A stretch of DNA of 61,577 bases, counting the filler, from Choristocarpus tenellus KU-1152 (Eukaryota; Protista; Phaeophyceae): the NCBI GenBank assembly GCA_964200185.2. It is 9 parts of 9 records of this genome, joined end to end, with 100 filler letters (N's around TTAATTAATTAA, not from the genome) between each part and the next. Parts side by side here need not be neighbours in the genome. Positions count along the whole stretch, not along the records: positions 12,199 to 29,738 come from CAXNAD020000663.1; positions 29,839 to 33,564 come from CAXNAD020018278.1; positions 33,665 to 37,115 come from CAXNAD020019943.1; positions 37,216 to 44,002 come from CAXNAD020007350.1; 5 more parts are not named here. One strand, written 5' to 3'. The notes under the pieces were generated by a model. That model was given only the letters and a program-made list of their open reading frames with translations, was not told where the DNA came from and did not search any database. Position 1 is the stretch's first letter. Every line of letters starts with the position of its first letter. Below are positions 27,199 to 39,566 of the stretch, piece by piece. Position numbers and translations under genes: made by a program.

Positions 27199-28927
27199 CT
27201 GAGTCAGAGAGGAGAGATGAATGGACATACAACCAATCCCGAGGGGGAGGGGGGGAGGCGGGATAAATATCAAATATCTTCTTTCAAAAGGATTAATAAA
27301 CAAATTAGCAATACCATACTGATGGGAAATATCAATCAAGATCTAAAAATTATGCAGAACTCTATGAGATGTATGATAAATACGTATACTTTTTTAATAT
27401 TCACATCATCTCTTTTCTTACATAGCCAGCAGAGAAATAAGAAAGAAAAATGACATCGGTACTACACAAAAAAGAACCATAAATAAAGAACCATAAAAGA
27501 GTCACCATAAAGAACCCGAATTTTGGGGGAAAAGTTGAGGGGTTGAGGTTGGGCGTGGACTATGAGACAACAATTCCTCAACCCCTCAGTTTGTTCAGAG
27601 ATACAGATAGGCATACACACGCACGTTTCAGAGATACAAACTACAAAAAAAATATCTCTGAACACAAGGAATTGTATGTAGAAAATAAAAATATAATTAA
27701 ATCGCTCTCTCTCTATATATATACATATGTATGATGTATATATACGTATGTCTTACGTATATATTTTTGTATCGTGTTTCCTTTCATTACTGACACACAA
27801 GATAGGGTTAGGGTTAGGGTTAGGATAGTTAATATTATCAACAGTATATCACATCACATCACATCACATCGTGAACCAGACAAAAAAGAACTGTTTTATT
27901 TATTTTATTTTATTTCTACAGTTGACCACAGACCAAATGCACTCAAATACACAACTCAGAACAAAAAATGTCCAGTTCTATCAGTATATCAATATCAATA
28001 CCAATATTGATATCATTGTATGGTCAAGTCAATCTGCATTATCAGATACACACACAAGCAGACACATATGTATGGGCAATTTTCAGTCTTCACTCAAGAG
28101 TGTAGATGCTCAACGATCAAACGCTTTCCAACATGATGTGATATATTTATGATATGATGCATCAATATTGCGATACATTCATGTTGTGATATATTCCAGA
28201 GGCTACAACAGCATGGTGGAGGTTCCTTTCGTTTCCAAGCCTCACGCATGACACCTCATGACACCTCATGACACAGACACATGATATATGATATATCATA
28301 TGATATATGACAACAGTCACCTCCTGAGTGGTAGAGTAAAACCCTTCATAGAAAAAGCACTGTGGACAAGAACACTCTAATTTTGACTAATTTTGAAACA
28401 TTCAATTAACCACCACGGTAATGTGAGGGTTAGGGTTAGGGTTAGCCATTAGCCATTAACGAGCCTCACTGCTATTTTCAAACAAACTTTTTTTTTCTCA
28501 GGACATTCTTCTAACCTACATAACCTACATAGGTTTCCAATTTGTGGGAAGGCGTCTATCTCACTTATGTGTACAAAAAAAAGGTCTAACCTTGATTAAA
28601 CTTGATTCCAACCCAAACCATTGATATCATAAGCCTTGAACTGGGGAAACAATGGCATGCGTGCTTTCAAAATGGACAAGGTCAATCAACAAGGATGTAC
28701 AAGGTCAATTCAATTCAATTCAAAAGTTGTATCTTGAACAAAAAAAACCCCAACCAATTGGCGTTATTGTATTTAAAAAGAAAAAAGAAAAGAAAAGAAA
28801 ATGACATCACTACTACCCCGTTAAAACAAAAAAAATGTCCTAGACCTTCATGTCGCTACACAATTTTTTTTAATTTTTTTCAACAAGGATGTGCATGTCA
28901 GTGTCAGCCACTAACAATAATAATAAC

Positions 28928-28959
<32 letters not shown>

Positions 28960-29230
28960 CAATAACAATAATAATAATATAGATTTTACAGTGTTGGCGA
29001 AAGGGTATGACTAACTACTGTGAAAGAAAATAATGACGATATAAGGTACTGAGTACATACCTTCATCAGTATATATACCTCATAATGTCATACCAATCCA
29101 CCAAAACCACCCTTTATCTGATCTGATTGGTGGAAATGCCAAAATTTGACCTCGACATCACCGGCAAGACTATTTTTATTATAGTTTATGCCATGTCAGC
29201 ATTCACATCTCACATCATTAATAAAAATAA

Positions 29231-29351
29231 TTTATATTTATATTTATATTTATATTTATATTTGTATTTATATTTGTATTTATATTTATATTTATATTTA
29301 TATTTATATTTATATTTGTATTTGTATTTATATTTATATTTGTATTTATAT
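29231..29351. repeat. (TATATT)n microsatellite
   Basis: Directly visible hexamer array. Confidence 0.95.
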
Positions 29352-29506
29352 CTATATGGAGCATTTCAATCTCGTGTCCACAAAAAAATTACCAACACAT
29401 TTTTTGTTCATATTTTCATTTTTATCCACTCTGAATCCGGCGTAGCTATCTGGTCATAGAAAGGCAAGATGCAGCCCAGGATTAGTTCTGTAAACCACAA
29501 TGTAGA

Positions 29507-29545
<39 letters not shown>

Positions 29546-31026
29546 TACATTGGTATGCAGTCTACAATAATAATAATAGCATACAGGGTAATTTTGAGGA
29601 GGTTTTTTTCACATGAAAAAAAAAAAAAAAAAAAAAAAACTTAACCTCTTGGAAGAAAAGTTGAAAAACCAAAAACAAAAGATAATCAAAAAAAAAAAAA
29701 AAAAAAAAAAAAAAACAAAATGAAAAAATAATATAAAANNNNNNNNNNNNNNNNNNNNNNNNNNNNNNNNNNNNNNNNNNNNTTAATTAATTAANNNNNN
29801 NNNNNNNNNNNNNNNNNNNNNNNNNNNNNNNNNNNNNNCCATCTTTCTACAGGAAATCTACTGCTCTCAGACACCATGAGATGGACTCCACATGAGACTA
29901 ACTTCCCATAGGGCATTCAATGCAAGGTTGAATTGACTGTAGGGTGCGCTGTAAAACGTGAGGGTGGTGGCGAATCCAAACCCCGGGACCTCTCCTTTTC
30001 AAGGCTAGATTGCTAAAAATCTGTACCAGTCAGCTTTTTGTACCAGTGGGATCAACCCCACTCGGACCCAAATTTGAACAATCTCGATAAATATATATAT
30101 ATACATACATATATATATACATATTACTTTTTCTTTATAGATACGTATACTTAGTTGGGACCAAATTTGTACAATCGCGATATATATATATATATATATA
30201 TACATATTATTTTTTCTTTATAGATACGTATACTTAGTTCCGTATCACACATCACACAGTATTTATTTCAGTCTATTTTATTTATTTTATTTTATCTTAT
30301 CTTATCTTATCTTATCTTACCTCATCTCATCTCATGTCGACCACACAGCAGAACAAGAGATCGTTTCGAGCAAGTAAAAAAAAAAAAAAAATAGTGTGCT
30401 GTCTTTCGTCGTCACAATACACACAGTCACCCCAGTCCTTCCAACCAACGTTGCGGCAAGCAAGCCCTTCCCTCACAAAAGCTGTGAAATGGGTTTTGTG
30501 GCACTTGGTTGGCGGTCAGGTCATGGCAGTAGCACACACGGCCCCTGTCGCAGACCGACAGCCTTCACGAAATGTTAATTGAGAGCCTTAACGACTGCCA
30601 GGCATGCCCCTTTCTATTCAGTGGGATTTTTAAAAGTAGGTTTTTCATTCTAGCTGGCAGGTTGACGGACAACAAGAGGTCTCTGTCTCTTGTTTAACTG
30701 GTAATAGGTGCAACCATCAAGTAACGCTTCATGGCAGCTCTCCAGGGTAGGTGATTGCTGCTGAGTTCCAGAGACGAGTATAGCGACGAGGGAACACCTC
30801 GCTATTCCCCTTGAAAAGGATCGTAGAAGGCAAGAGGTCGTTGTTTTGCCATTGAACAAAGAGCATATCCGTTATTAGAGAAACTTAGGGCACACCTGCC
30901 ACAGCACTTGAGTGTTTCCTACAGCATGACAGCAGTACGCACAGCAACCAAGTAGGTCCTCCTGCTACCGACCAATAGAGTTCATTGTATTCCTCCTACC
31001 TTTTACCTCCCACCCTCTCAGCTCAC

Positions 31027-32288
31027 CTGAATTACCTCGCCCTTGCCGTCAAGGCCTGCCTCAGTAATAGGTTGGTCCGTGATTGTAGCGCTCTGCACTA
31101 TGGAGCTCGCTACCGCATTGAAGACCTTAGGTTGGTGCATAGGGGACACGCGCACCACCTCCGGTCTGGATGATAGGTATGATATGAGCGTGATAAAACA
31201 GGCCATTTGAGCATCGGCTTCTACATCCCCTCGTTTCCCCTTCTCTCTGGTGAGTTCCCACCGACTCTCATCGGCCAGGAGATGATCTAGTCCTGCACAC
31301 ACAGGATTGACGTATGTAGATTACATGCAATTCGATTATTACTTTTCAGTGGTGAGGCGCAAGGGGGTATAGGAAAGATTCTGGCGTGTGTGAAGGAAAG
31401 GACGAAACCTGATGGTTTGGTATGCTGACACAGAAACTGTAGTCTCATCGCACCTGTTAGTGCAACACTATCTCCATTCCTACTCGAGGTCATGATCGAG
31501 TCCCACCCGCAAGCTTGAGCCACGTTCACTCCTTTTGCGGAGCTTAGATCATGTACAATCTTAGCTGCACGTGTCCACTCTCGAACGTTAGGGGTCCCTG
31601 CTGGGTAGACAAGATTTCTGCCTTCAATGTCAAGCATGCCTGGATCGGACCAGAAATTTTGTTTGTGAAGATCTAAATTGGCAGAGGCCCAATCCACCCG
31701 CCATTCCTCTACCGCCACTGCGGAGAGGCCGGGGGAGACCTGTATATTCAGTCCAATGGTTCCCCTCAACGACATTCTCTTGCCATGGGTCATGGAGAGT
31801 CCTTCAGATGGAGAGTCGCCATCGCCATTACCAACACTATACCCATGGTCGAGTATACCAGGAGACACTTTAAGAGATGGAGGAAACGCAAACGCACTAC
31901 TTAGATCAAAATTATCGGGTTCATCCAGCAGCTCCCCAGCAGCGATGGGGGTAGCCATGACCAAGAAGCAAGTTCCGTGCTCCTTGCTATGGGCAACCCT
32001 GCGTACATTTTCATCGAAGGCCTCTTCAAGAAGCGACAACGATTGGAGGCCCTTTCCATACTCTGCACATGCCAAGAACGGTACAACCCAGTTGCTATCC
32101 TTTACTCGGTCCCATTGCCAATCTACTGCGGCGGCAAACGCATCATTGTCTCCTCTAAAGTCCTCTCTGACTGTCGTCCTTAGGACATCTTCCACAAGAG
32201 AGAGGTGAGGGTGACGCAAGGCATCCACAAGTCGAAATACTGACAAAGACTGCACAACAGCAACCACCACAGCGCGAACGACCCTCAT
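31027..32288 (-). CDS. Secreted subtilisin-like (S8, Kp43-type) protease, N-terminal pro-region only; exons ~32288-31454 and 31292-31027
   Basis: Hydrophobic signal-like start MRVVRAVVVAVVQSLSVFRLVDA. The second exon ends LSSRPEVVRVSP..FNAVASSIVQSATITDQPITEAGLDGKGEVIQ|gt, the segment that precedes the catalytic Asp (V.DTG) of S8 proteases. Catalytic residues are not in the window. Confidence 0.75.
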
Positions 32289-33691
32289 CAGGAGAAGCAG
32301 ATGCCCTCCGCTTGCCTCCACCCCCCAAAACACTCAATACTCACTCACCAAGATGGTCGAAAAAATGTTCAAAATCACTTGCTAGTTTAGAATGTAAGAA
32401 GTCCCAAGAATATTCCCAAAGTGGAAAATAAGAACCAATACAAATCACAAATCTGTCTGTTGATGTGTTCAATTGTCTGATGACTAGTTGATTTGATTTC
32501 ATATGATTAGTTTTCTTTAATGATTATTTTCGTGTATTGCGTTATTGTGGCGGAGGGTACATTGATCTTGTTTCTTGTTCCAGTATTTGAAACATATATG
32601 CAATACTCCATATTCTTGATCAAATCCTCTTCCAATACTTTTATTTTGTGTCCAAAGATTCATTTCTATGATTTACGATACCATAAGTATATAACCTCGA
32701 ACACTTTAGAGGTGTATCAAGAATAATATTATTCCCCAAACCGTCCTTAGCCCTCCGATTCTTTTCTTTCCTTCATTTGATGGCAAATTCTTCAATATTT
32801 CGCTAAACAAATACTTGTCAACCATTTTCCCTCCAATCTCACTTCAATAGTAAGTTGAGGAAGTATTCTGAATGTTTTGGGAGGGAGAATTCTGAAAGGA
32901 ATGAGATGTGGTGAATAGAGTGGTGATTGGGTTGAAATGAATATTTTGAAAAGGTGGACGAAGAATTAAGTACTGGTTGGGTATATAGGAGGCACAAGAA
33001 GAGGTAGGAGTGAAGTTGGACGAAATCGGTGGCAGGTGGAAGCACGAGGTAGAAAGGGGTGGACTGTTAGAATACAAGGGAAACTTGAGGTTGGCGGGAC
33101 AGGAAAAGCAGGGCTAGATTAAGGCAACCTCCAAGCAATCTTTCCCACCCACCTACCCTTTCGATTACTCATTATCAACGGGGATGCCAGGGAAGAGGGA
33201 GGGGGAAGTCAAGTTCGGACAGGGTAGATATCTTCTAGTTCAAAGGAAAGGTACTTAAGTGGGTGATGAAGGGGTGTTTTGGGATCATTGTGGAGTGGTG
33301 TTTAGTGATGTCGTGAGTGGAAAGTGGAAAGTTTTTGTGGTGTTGAGTGGTGTTGAATGGTGTGGTGGAGTGGAAAGTGGTGGTGACTGGAAATCAGTGA
33401 TGAAGTGGCCGCCCTGCCTGGTCATCGGATGTGGTTGGTGAATGGAAATCAGTGGTAAAGAGGGTTCGCACTGGTTGGTCACGGGATAGACTGGTGGCTG
33501 GAAGTAGTCTGTGACGGAGGGGCCGCACTGGTTCGACACAAGTGGTGTGACAATGGGGGGGGGTNNNNNNNNNNNNNNNNNNNNNNNNNNNNNNNNNNNN
33601 NNNNNNNNTTAATTAATTAANNNNNNNNNNNNNNNNNNNNNNNNNNNNNNNNNNNNNNNNNNNNCACCCCCCACCCCAGATACTTTGGGTC

Positions 33692-33868
33692 TTTCCTACT
33701 CCAAAATGTTTCAAAGTAGGTAAAATGTATATCTTGTGAAAAGGTGTGTCCAAAACAAGGATATTGATACTTCCTAACAAATACGATTGCCAAAATTACA
33801 TCAAAATTGCAACATTGGATTTTGGCCCCCAAATGGACGCGGCTCTACCCTCTAAGATACTTGGACTA
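33692..33868 (-). mobile_element. MITE family B partial copy, interrupted by a family A MITE
   Basis: Reverse complement matches the first ~175 bp of 12768-13025; it abuts the family A TIR at 33665-33691. Confidence 0.82.
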
Positions 33869-35208
33869 TATGCATACGCATACCTGCATTCCAACATGGA
33901 ACTGGCACATGACTGAAATCCTATTCTAGGCAATTGAACTCGGTGACCACAGCTCACAGGAGATCACAGTCAACAGGGTCATATTCTTCGTCTAGGTCAA
34001 CGATAAAAACCTTGAAGAGAGGTGCATGCTTTTCTCTTCAACTCCCAGAAGACACTAGAATATTTACACCACGTTCAACGAGGAGGGTTGAGGTCAGAAA
34101 CCACACCGTTCCTTTTTCCTGCAGTGCATTTTTCTGCTCCCACTTAGTCAACATATGGCTGTGGTAAAATATTTCTGTCCTTATTTAGCCCAAGTCAGAA
34201 TTTCCGGTGGAAGATCATCTAGCCCTACCGTACAGTTTGCTTCTGCTGCTCCCACCAGCACTGGTGCATCAGTAAATGCCATACAAGTCGATCGTTGGTC
34301 GAGGGTTTAAGCACTGTTGAAGAGTCGCCCGCTTTGTTCCTTAGTAAATCCTTGCTTTTTCATAGTATGTCAGGTTAATTGCAAAAGTGTTGGGAGGCAG
34401 TCTTGTCTGGTCATCTCTACACCGATCCCTGTTCAGATGTTGGTAGAATTCAGCTTGATTTCCACAGCGGATGCTCTTCTATCTTCTTGATGTAGGTATC
34501 AACAAAATCCTGCAAGTCGGGTGTACTTACCTGTCCTACCCGTTTGCCAACCACCTTCAACACCTGTTTCAAGGTGGGGTTTTGTGGGCCTATGCGTTTT
34601 TGCTTTTGGTCTTGTTCCTGCTCTTCCCAGGCCTCCAAAGAAACATAGTTGGGTTTGCTCACTTGCACATCACACTCCTGGCAACCCTCTTATGCAAGGG
34701 GAGGCAGTCCATTCAAAACGGCTTCCAACAAGAGGACTGTCAACGAACCTGCCGTGCTGATGACACCTGTCTCCACCAAATATGTCAGGTGACGACTGTT
34801 TTGACCCTTGACTGCCCGAAAGCAAGCTCATGGGTTGCCTGCTGTCCTTGGGTTCTATTCCAATACAACAGAGCGACAGGCATATGAATGCTTTTAAATA
34901 TCGATACTCACTACTCTTACGTCCTGCAAATACCATGAAGCCATTACAACCTCATGACTCTGAAGCACATGCATTCAGTTCGAAGTTTTATGATTGATTC
35001 GTCGCCTTGGTGTCCCCAGTCATGCTGAGTAGTGACGGATGTGGACTAGGCCATGTTAGGTCAATTGATCCATAACGGACCAGGTAGCATTTTTTCAACA
35101 CTTCAACCAGTCACGTGATGACCATGCTCCTATTTACCGTTCACTCCACACATGTATCTTGTATCCTCTGTCTACAGTAAGTATTACATATACATATAGA
35201 GTATACTA

Positions 35209-35545
35209 TTATGCCCTCTGACATTTTGTAGACGTGTCAGTAAAAAAGCCAAACCAATAACACAAGGGTCCCTGCAAAAGTAACAGTTGTCATATATGTG
35301 AAAGATACCTCTTTAAAATCTATTTAATATTTGAATACCAGCTATATTACAAACGCTCCCTCAAAGCTTGGAAATTGCAATGCCTTTTGTATATTGCTGC
35401 GATGCCTTCAACCTAGTTTAGACCTACAAACCTAGACGAGGAGCTAGGGAAGGATCCCAAGAATCTGACATCCCCCTCCTTGCCCATCTTCCCGGTGTCT
35501 CCAGCTAAAACGCACAACACATCTTCAGTGAGCTACTTGTGTGAT
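35209..35545 (+). repeat. Dispersed repeat family D (second copy 41879-42176; terminal motif also at ~43844 and inverted at ~45245-45271)
   Basis: Shared start ATTATGCCCTCTGACATTTT and shared blocks GAGGAGCTAGG..CAAGAATCTG..CCCTCCTTGCCCATCT..GGTGTCTCCAGCTAAAA..GCTACTTGTGT. Confidence 0.7.
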
Positions 35546-35956
35546 GACAACACACTATCTGTCGTAAGTGGGATTTGATAGCCCCTTTCCTACTATAACC
35601 TCCCACCCCTCTCCCCCTATTGCGTGCGTAGCCAACTCATCCAGAAAACTGCTTGCTTACTGAGGTGCCCAAAATTTTCTGCCGCAAAGGTTTTGAAGCT
35701 AAAACTATGAGTGTCAAAAGAACCCTTGCAGTTAATATACTGAGGAAGTAGGTTAGTTTTCATACCGTCATTGCCATACGGCATATACCATCATACCGAT
35801 TGAGGATCCGTTCCCTTGGAAGATTTTTCGAATATTTGAGGCGTGGAATCTATTCGGGAACCAATCCTACAAATAATGGATGCTCTTCAATGCTCTTCAA
35901 TCAGAGGTGTCAAGTATCAAAGATTTTCTTCGTTGTCATGTCTTGACTTTACTAAA

Positions 35957-36219
35957 GAGTGAAGCTAAACGAGAGATACTCAGAGTTGCATTTTAAGGAT
36001 GTCAGTAAATATGTGTGAAATTCGGCTTTCTTTTGCAAACGTGTACAGTAGGATGTTTTCCGATTTCTATTGAAAATTTGCAAACACTAGAGAAATCAAT
36101 CCTCTCATGCCAAACTTAGCACTTCATTCATAGAAATATGGGAAAATCGCAAGAGATTGAAAAACTGGCTTATAATGCAAAACGGTAAAAAACCGGGTAC
36201 CTCTCATATACTTCGGTTC
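35957..36219 (+). mobile_element. MITE family C, copy 2 (uninterrupted)
   Basis: Ends GAGTGAAGCTAAACGAGAGATAC / GTACCTCTCATATACTTCGGTTC; TSD AAA/AAA; homologous to 103-540. Confidence 0.78.
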
Positions 36220-39200
36220 AAATATTCCCCTCTCATGAGATTCTCGCCACTCCACAACTATATGCTAGTCCTTGCAATCTTGCACTTACTTGCCAACCCT
36301 AAACTCGTCCCTCAGTTACGGTTCGTTTTGGTTCATTTGGTCCGTCTCGCCTGGTGAATTCTCTTCACCACCCTTGGCTGAGTGAACCACGCCACTACAG
36401 AATCATATGATTCATAGTAACACTATTGATATTTCTATAATATTTTACTATTTTACAAACTACAAGTAAAATTATAATTTGGATGCAAATACGCCATTGT
36501 GTGTTGGGTATTCCGCATGGTTGAGATGATTTGCGACTTCAAAAGTGTATTTTGACACCATGCATTGTGCTTTGATACTCCTTTGTCAAGGGTCATGTAC
36601 GTAAATAGTAAATACGCAAATTAAATACTCTAAATTCCACCCATATATTCCCTCCTCGTATTTCTCACTCTATGTTCATGATTTCAAAAAAAGAAAGTTC
36701 ATAGATAATTTGAAAGAGTACAATCTATATGGACATACTGGAGATAACTTAACCTTCAACATGTACTTTTACACAACTTTCATTATTGGGTGGCCATGGA
36801 CCGGGCATGCAAGAAAAAAGTTAAACTGGTCGGCTGGTGGACATGACGGATACAATCACCCAGTAGACATGGTCTCGACATGTTAGTGAATATTTGGCCT
36901 GGCCCAGCTGGCGGACATTGACTGGTTCAATACCTGGTGGATATTGACTGAAACGTGTTAAATTGTTGTGGGACTAGTCCAGCCAGCGGATGGGACCAGT
37001 TCTAATTTGCAGGCTCGGTCAAAAGCCATGGAAAAGATCCTCTATCTAGTGAGGGGTGCCACTGGAGGGGCGAAAGACATACACTATTACCCTGGTCAAG
37101 AACGGACTCCGGCACNNNNNNNNNNNNNNNNNNNNNNNNNNNNNNNNNNNNNNNNNNNNTTAATTAATTAANNNNNNNNNNNNNNNNNNNNNNNNNNNNN
37201 NNNNNNNNNNNNNNNCCCTCACCCTTACAATCTTTCCGGGTTTTTTTGAGGGGTTGATTGGTACCACTGTTTTGTACTTCTCTTTTTTTTTTCACCTAAC
37301 ACTTTAGATGAGCAAGCATGGGCCTCCCCAAAAGCGTTCATTTGCCGGGTAAGTGAGGTCATTGCCATGCCCTTAATTGCGCCGTGCCACTGCAATCGGC
37401 ACAATCTCTTACAAATCTACTGGTAGGGGTATTGTGATGAAAAGTTATGACACATTGTGTTTTTTTTCCTCATCTCCTCAAATGTCTTCAGAAACGAAGT
37501 GGAAAGGGGACGGGGGCGGTATGGTAATAGTTTCAAATGTCCTCCTCTCCTCATGTTGGGATAGATACAAATATATTTGTTCTTGCTGTAGGAGAGTGGT
37601 GGAACAAGTGCATGTTTGTTGTTGCATGGTGGTGTTGTTGCTGAGAAATATACGTGACCCTTCACTCTTTTCCGTTCTTTTTATTTTTGTGTACCTTTTT
37701 CTTCAATGGACAGAATAACAGTCTTTATTGTTCGAACATGGACTCAATATTTTTGAATCAACACCTATACCAATATTGGGGCAGGAGTTTTTTTTCATTT
37801 TTCCCCCCTGTATATCTTGAGAATGGAAGCGAAACATCATTGTCGTGTTGAGTTCATCTACCGACTGCGTAATGAGATACGTACAGCAGCATACACATTG
37901 AGGTCCTATGTACAGTTTATGTACTGGACATTTTAGAATTATTTTAAAGAAGTTGAGGGGTCCTGGGTACTGCGCTAGATTGTAGTGCTCTCTGCTACCA
38001 ATTTTTGAAAATGAGCTCTTTCTCACTCGTATTCTGCCAATAGAGAGGTGGTACGTTGGAGCAGCCCTCAACACAAGCACTGGCTTCCGAGGGGAGGAGG
38101 AGGAAATTACCTTTTCCGCTCATTGGGGGAGGTGGAGGGGTGTGGAATGACTCCAACTGGAGTGCGGGTACTCGGTGCTTGGTTTCTGAGTTGTTCCAGC
38201 TCAGATTAAGGTATCAACTTGCCATTTTATAATGCAATGATGATGTTACGAGCATCAATTGGACTTGTGAATAGATGTATGATTATTCTCATTCAATGTC
38301 TTCAAAGTAGATGTATGTGTACTCCTTTGTGTTTGTTCGTATTGTTAACCACGAGGTTATGGCTGGTGTCAAGTAGATATTCCAGCTGCTTTTCTTTCTC
38401 ATCAGATTTCCCCTGCAAGCGGGGGCCTTCAAGGCTTCATATTTTATTTATTTTGTATTTTCTGTGGGAGAGGCGCAGCATAGAGATGGGTGTATCATTG
38501 CATTTTTTTTTACATGTTCACATTGTCCTGCAGGGTTGCCTGTGGGTGTGCTGATGCGATGTTTTGAATCCGGTGAGTTGTGGTAAAATGATAAACATTT
38601 TTTCTGAGGGAGAGTATTATCATGACAAGAAGGTTTGTTGATCAAGTTTGCTGATCCTTTGCTTCTTGGTGGGGAGTTTAAAGTATATTATTAAAAGGAG
38701 CTTGAATTTATTGAAGGGATTTTTTTTTGGTGGGGGGGTTACTAACTAGATGGTGTTCAATTGATAGGTACACTTTCATATTGTATTACAAATTGTCTGC
38801 CTTAGCATTGATAACTGACCATTATGTCTGTAATGAATTCATGGGTAACCAGGCTTCTGTACTGGGGTTGTCGAGAGGGCAGTCTTGGATTTTTGTGTGG
38901 GTGGAATTGAGGCGCCCTCAGCACTTCACTAGGTACACAGAAGATTAAAAGATATAGTCATCTCTTTGGTATGACTTACGTATGCTGTGTTGAACGTTTT
39001 TGCACAGGATCTTTATTTATTCGAGTACATTGGTTTGGATTGGATTGTTGTGGGTATTGCACAATTTCATGTATCCTTTTCATATTTTTCTTATTTGCAT
39101 TGTGTACACAACAACAGAATCTGTGTTGCTCACACAAGAGGCCTTCTAACATATTTGAAAAATAGAAAACAATAAAGCTTCCGAGACAATATTGGTGAAC

Positions 39201-39400
39201 TATTCCTAAAATGGCACCATGAATATGCAAAGGACTTTTTTGTTTTGTTTCCGAATGCATTGCTACTGCTACACAGCTAACTCTCATTGGTGTATCAGAA
39301 GGCCTTTGATGTAACAAATACAGATGCCATTGTTGTTTTTGTGTGTGCCTTACTGTTCGCCTTACACCCAGTATTTTCTTGTTCCCTCCATGACGGCTCA

Positions 39401-39566
39401 GACCCAAAGTATCTGGGGGGGGGGGGTGTCCATTTGGGTCATAACCAGGAAAAGTGCACTTACATTTATCCATCCATTGTATGCAACCAAATCACACAAG
39501 AATCATGCCATGAAAAAATTGACCCCAAATGGACAACCACCACCACCCCCTCAGATACTTTGAGAC
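39401..39566 (+). mobile_element. MITE family A copy
   Basis: GACCCAAAGTATCTGGGG...CTCAGATACTTTGAGAC; TSD TCA/TCA. Confidence 0.88.
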
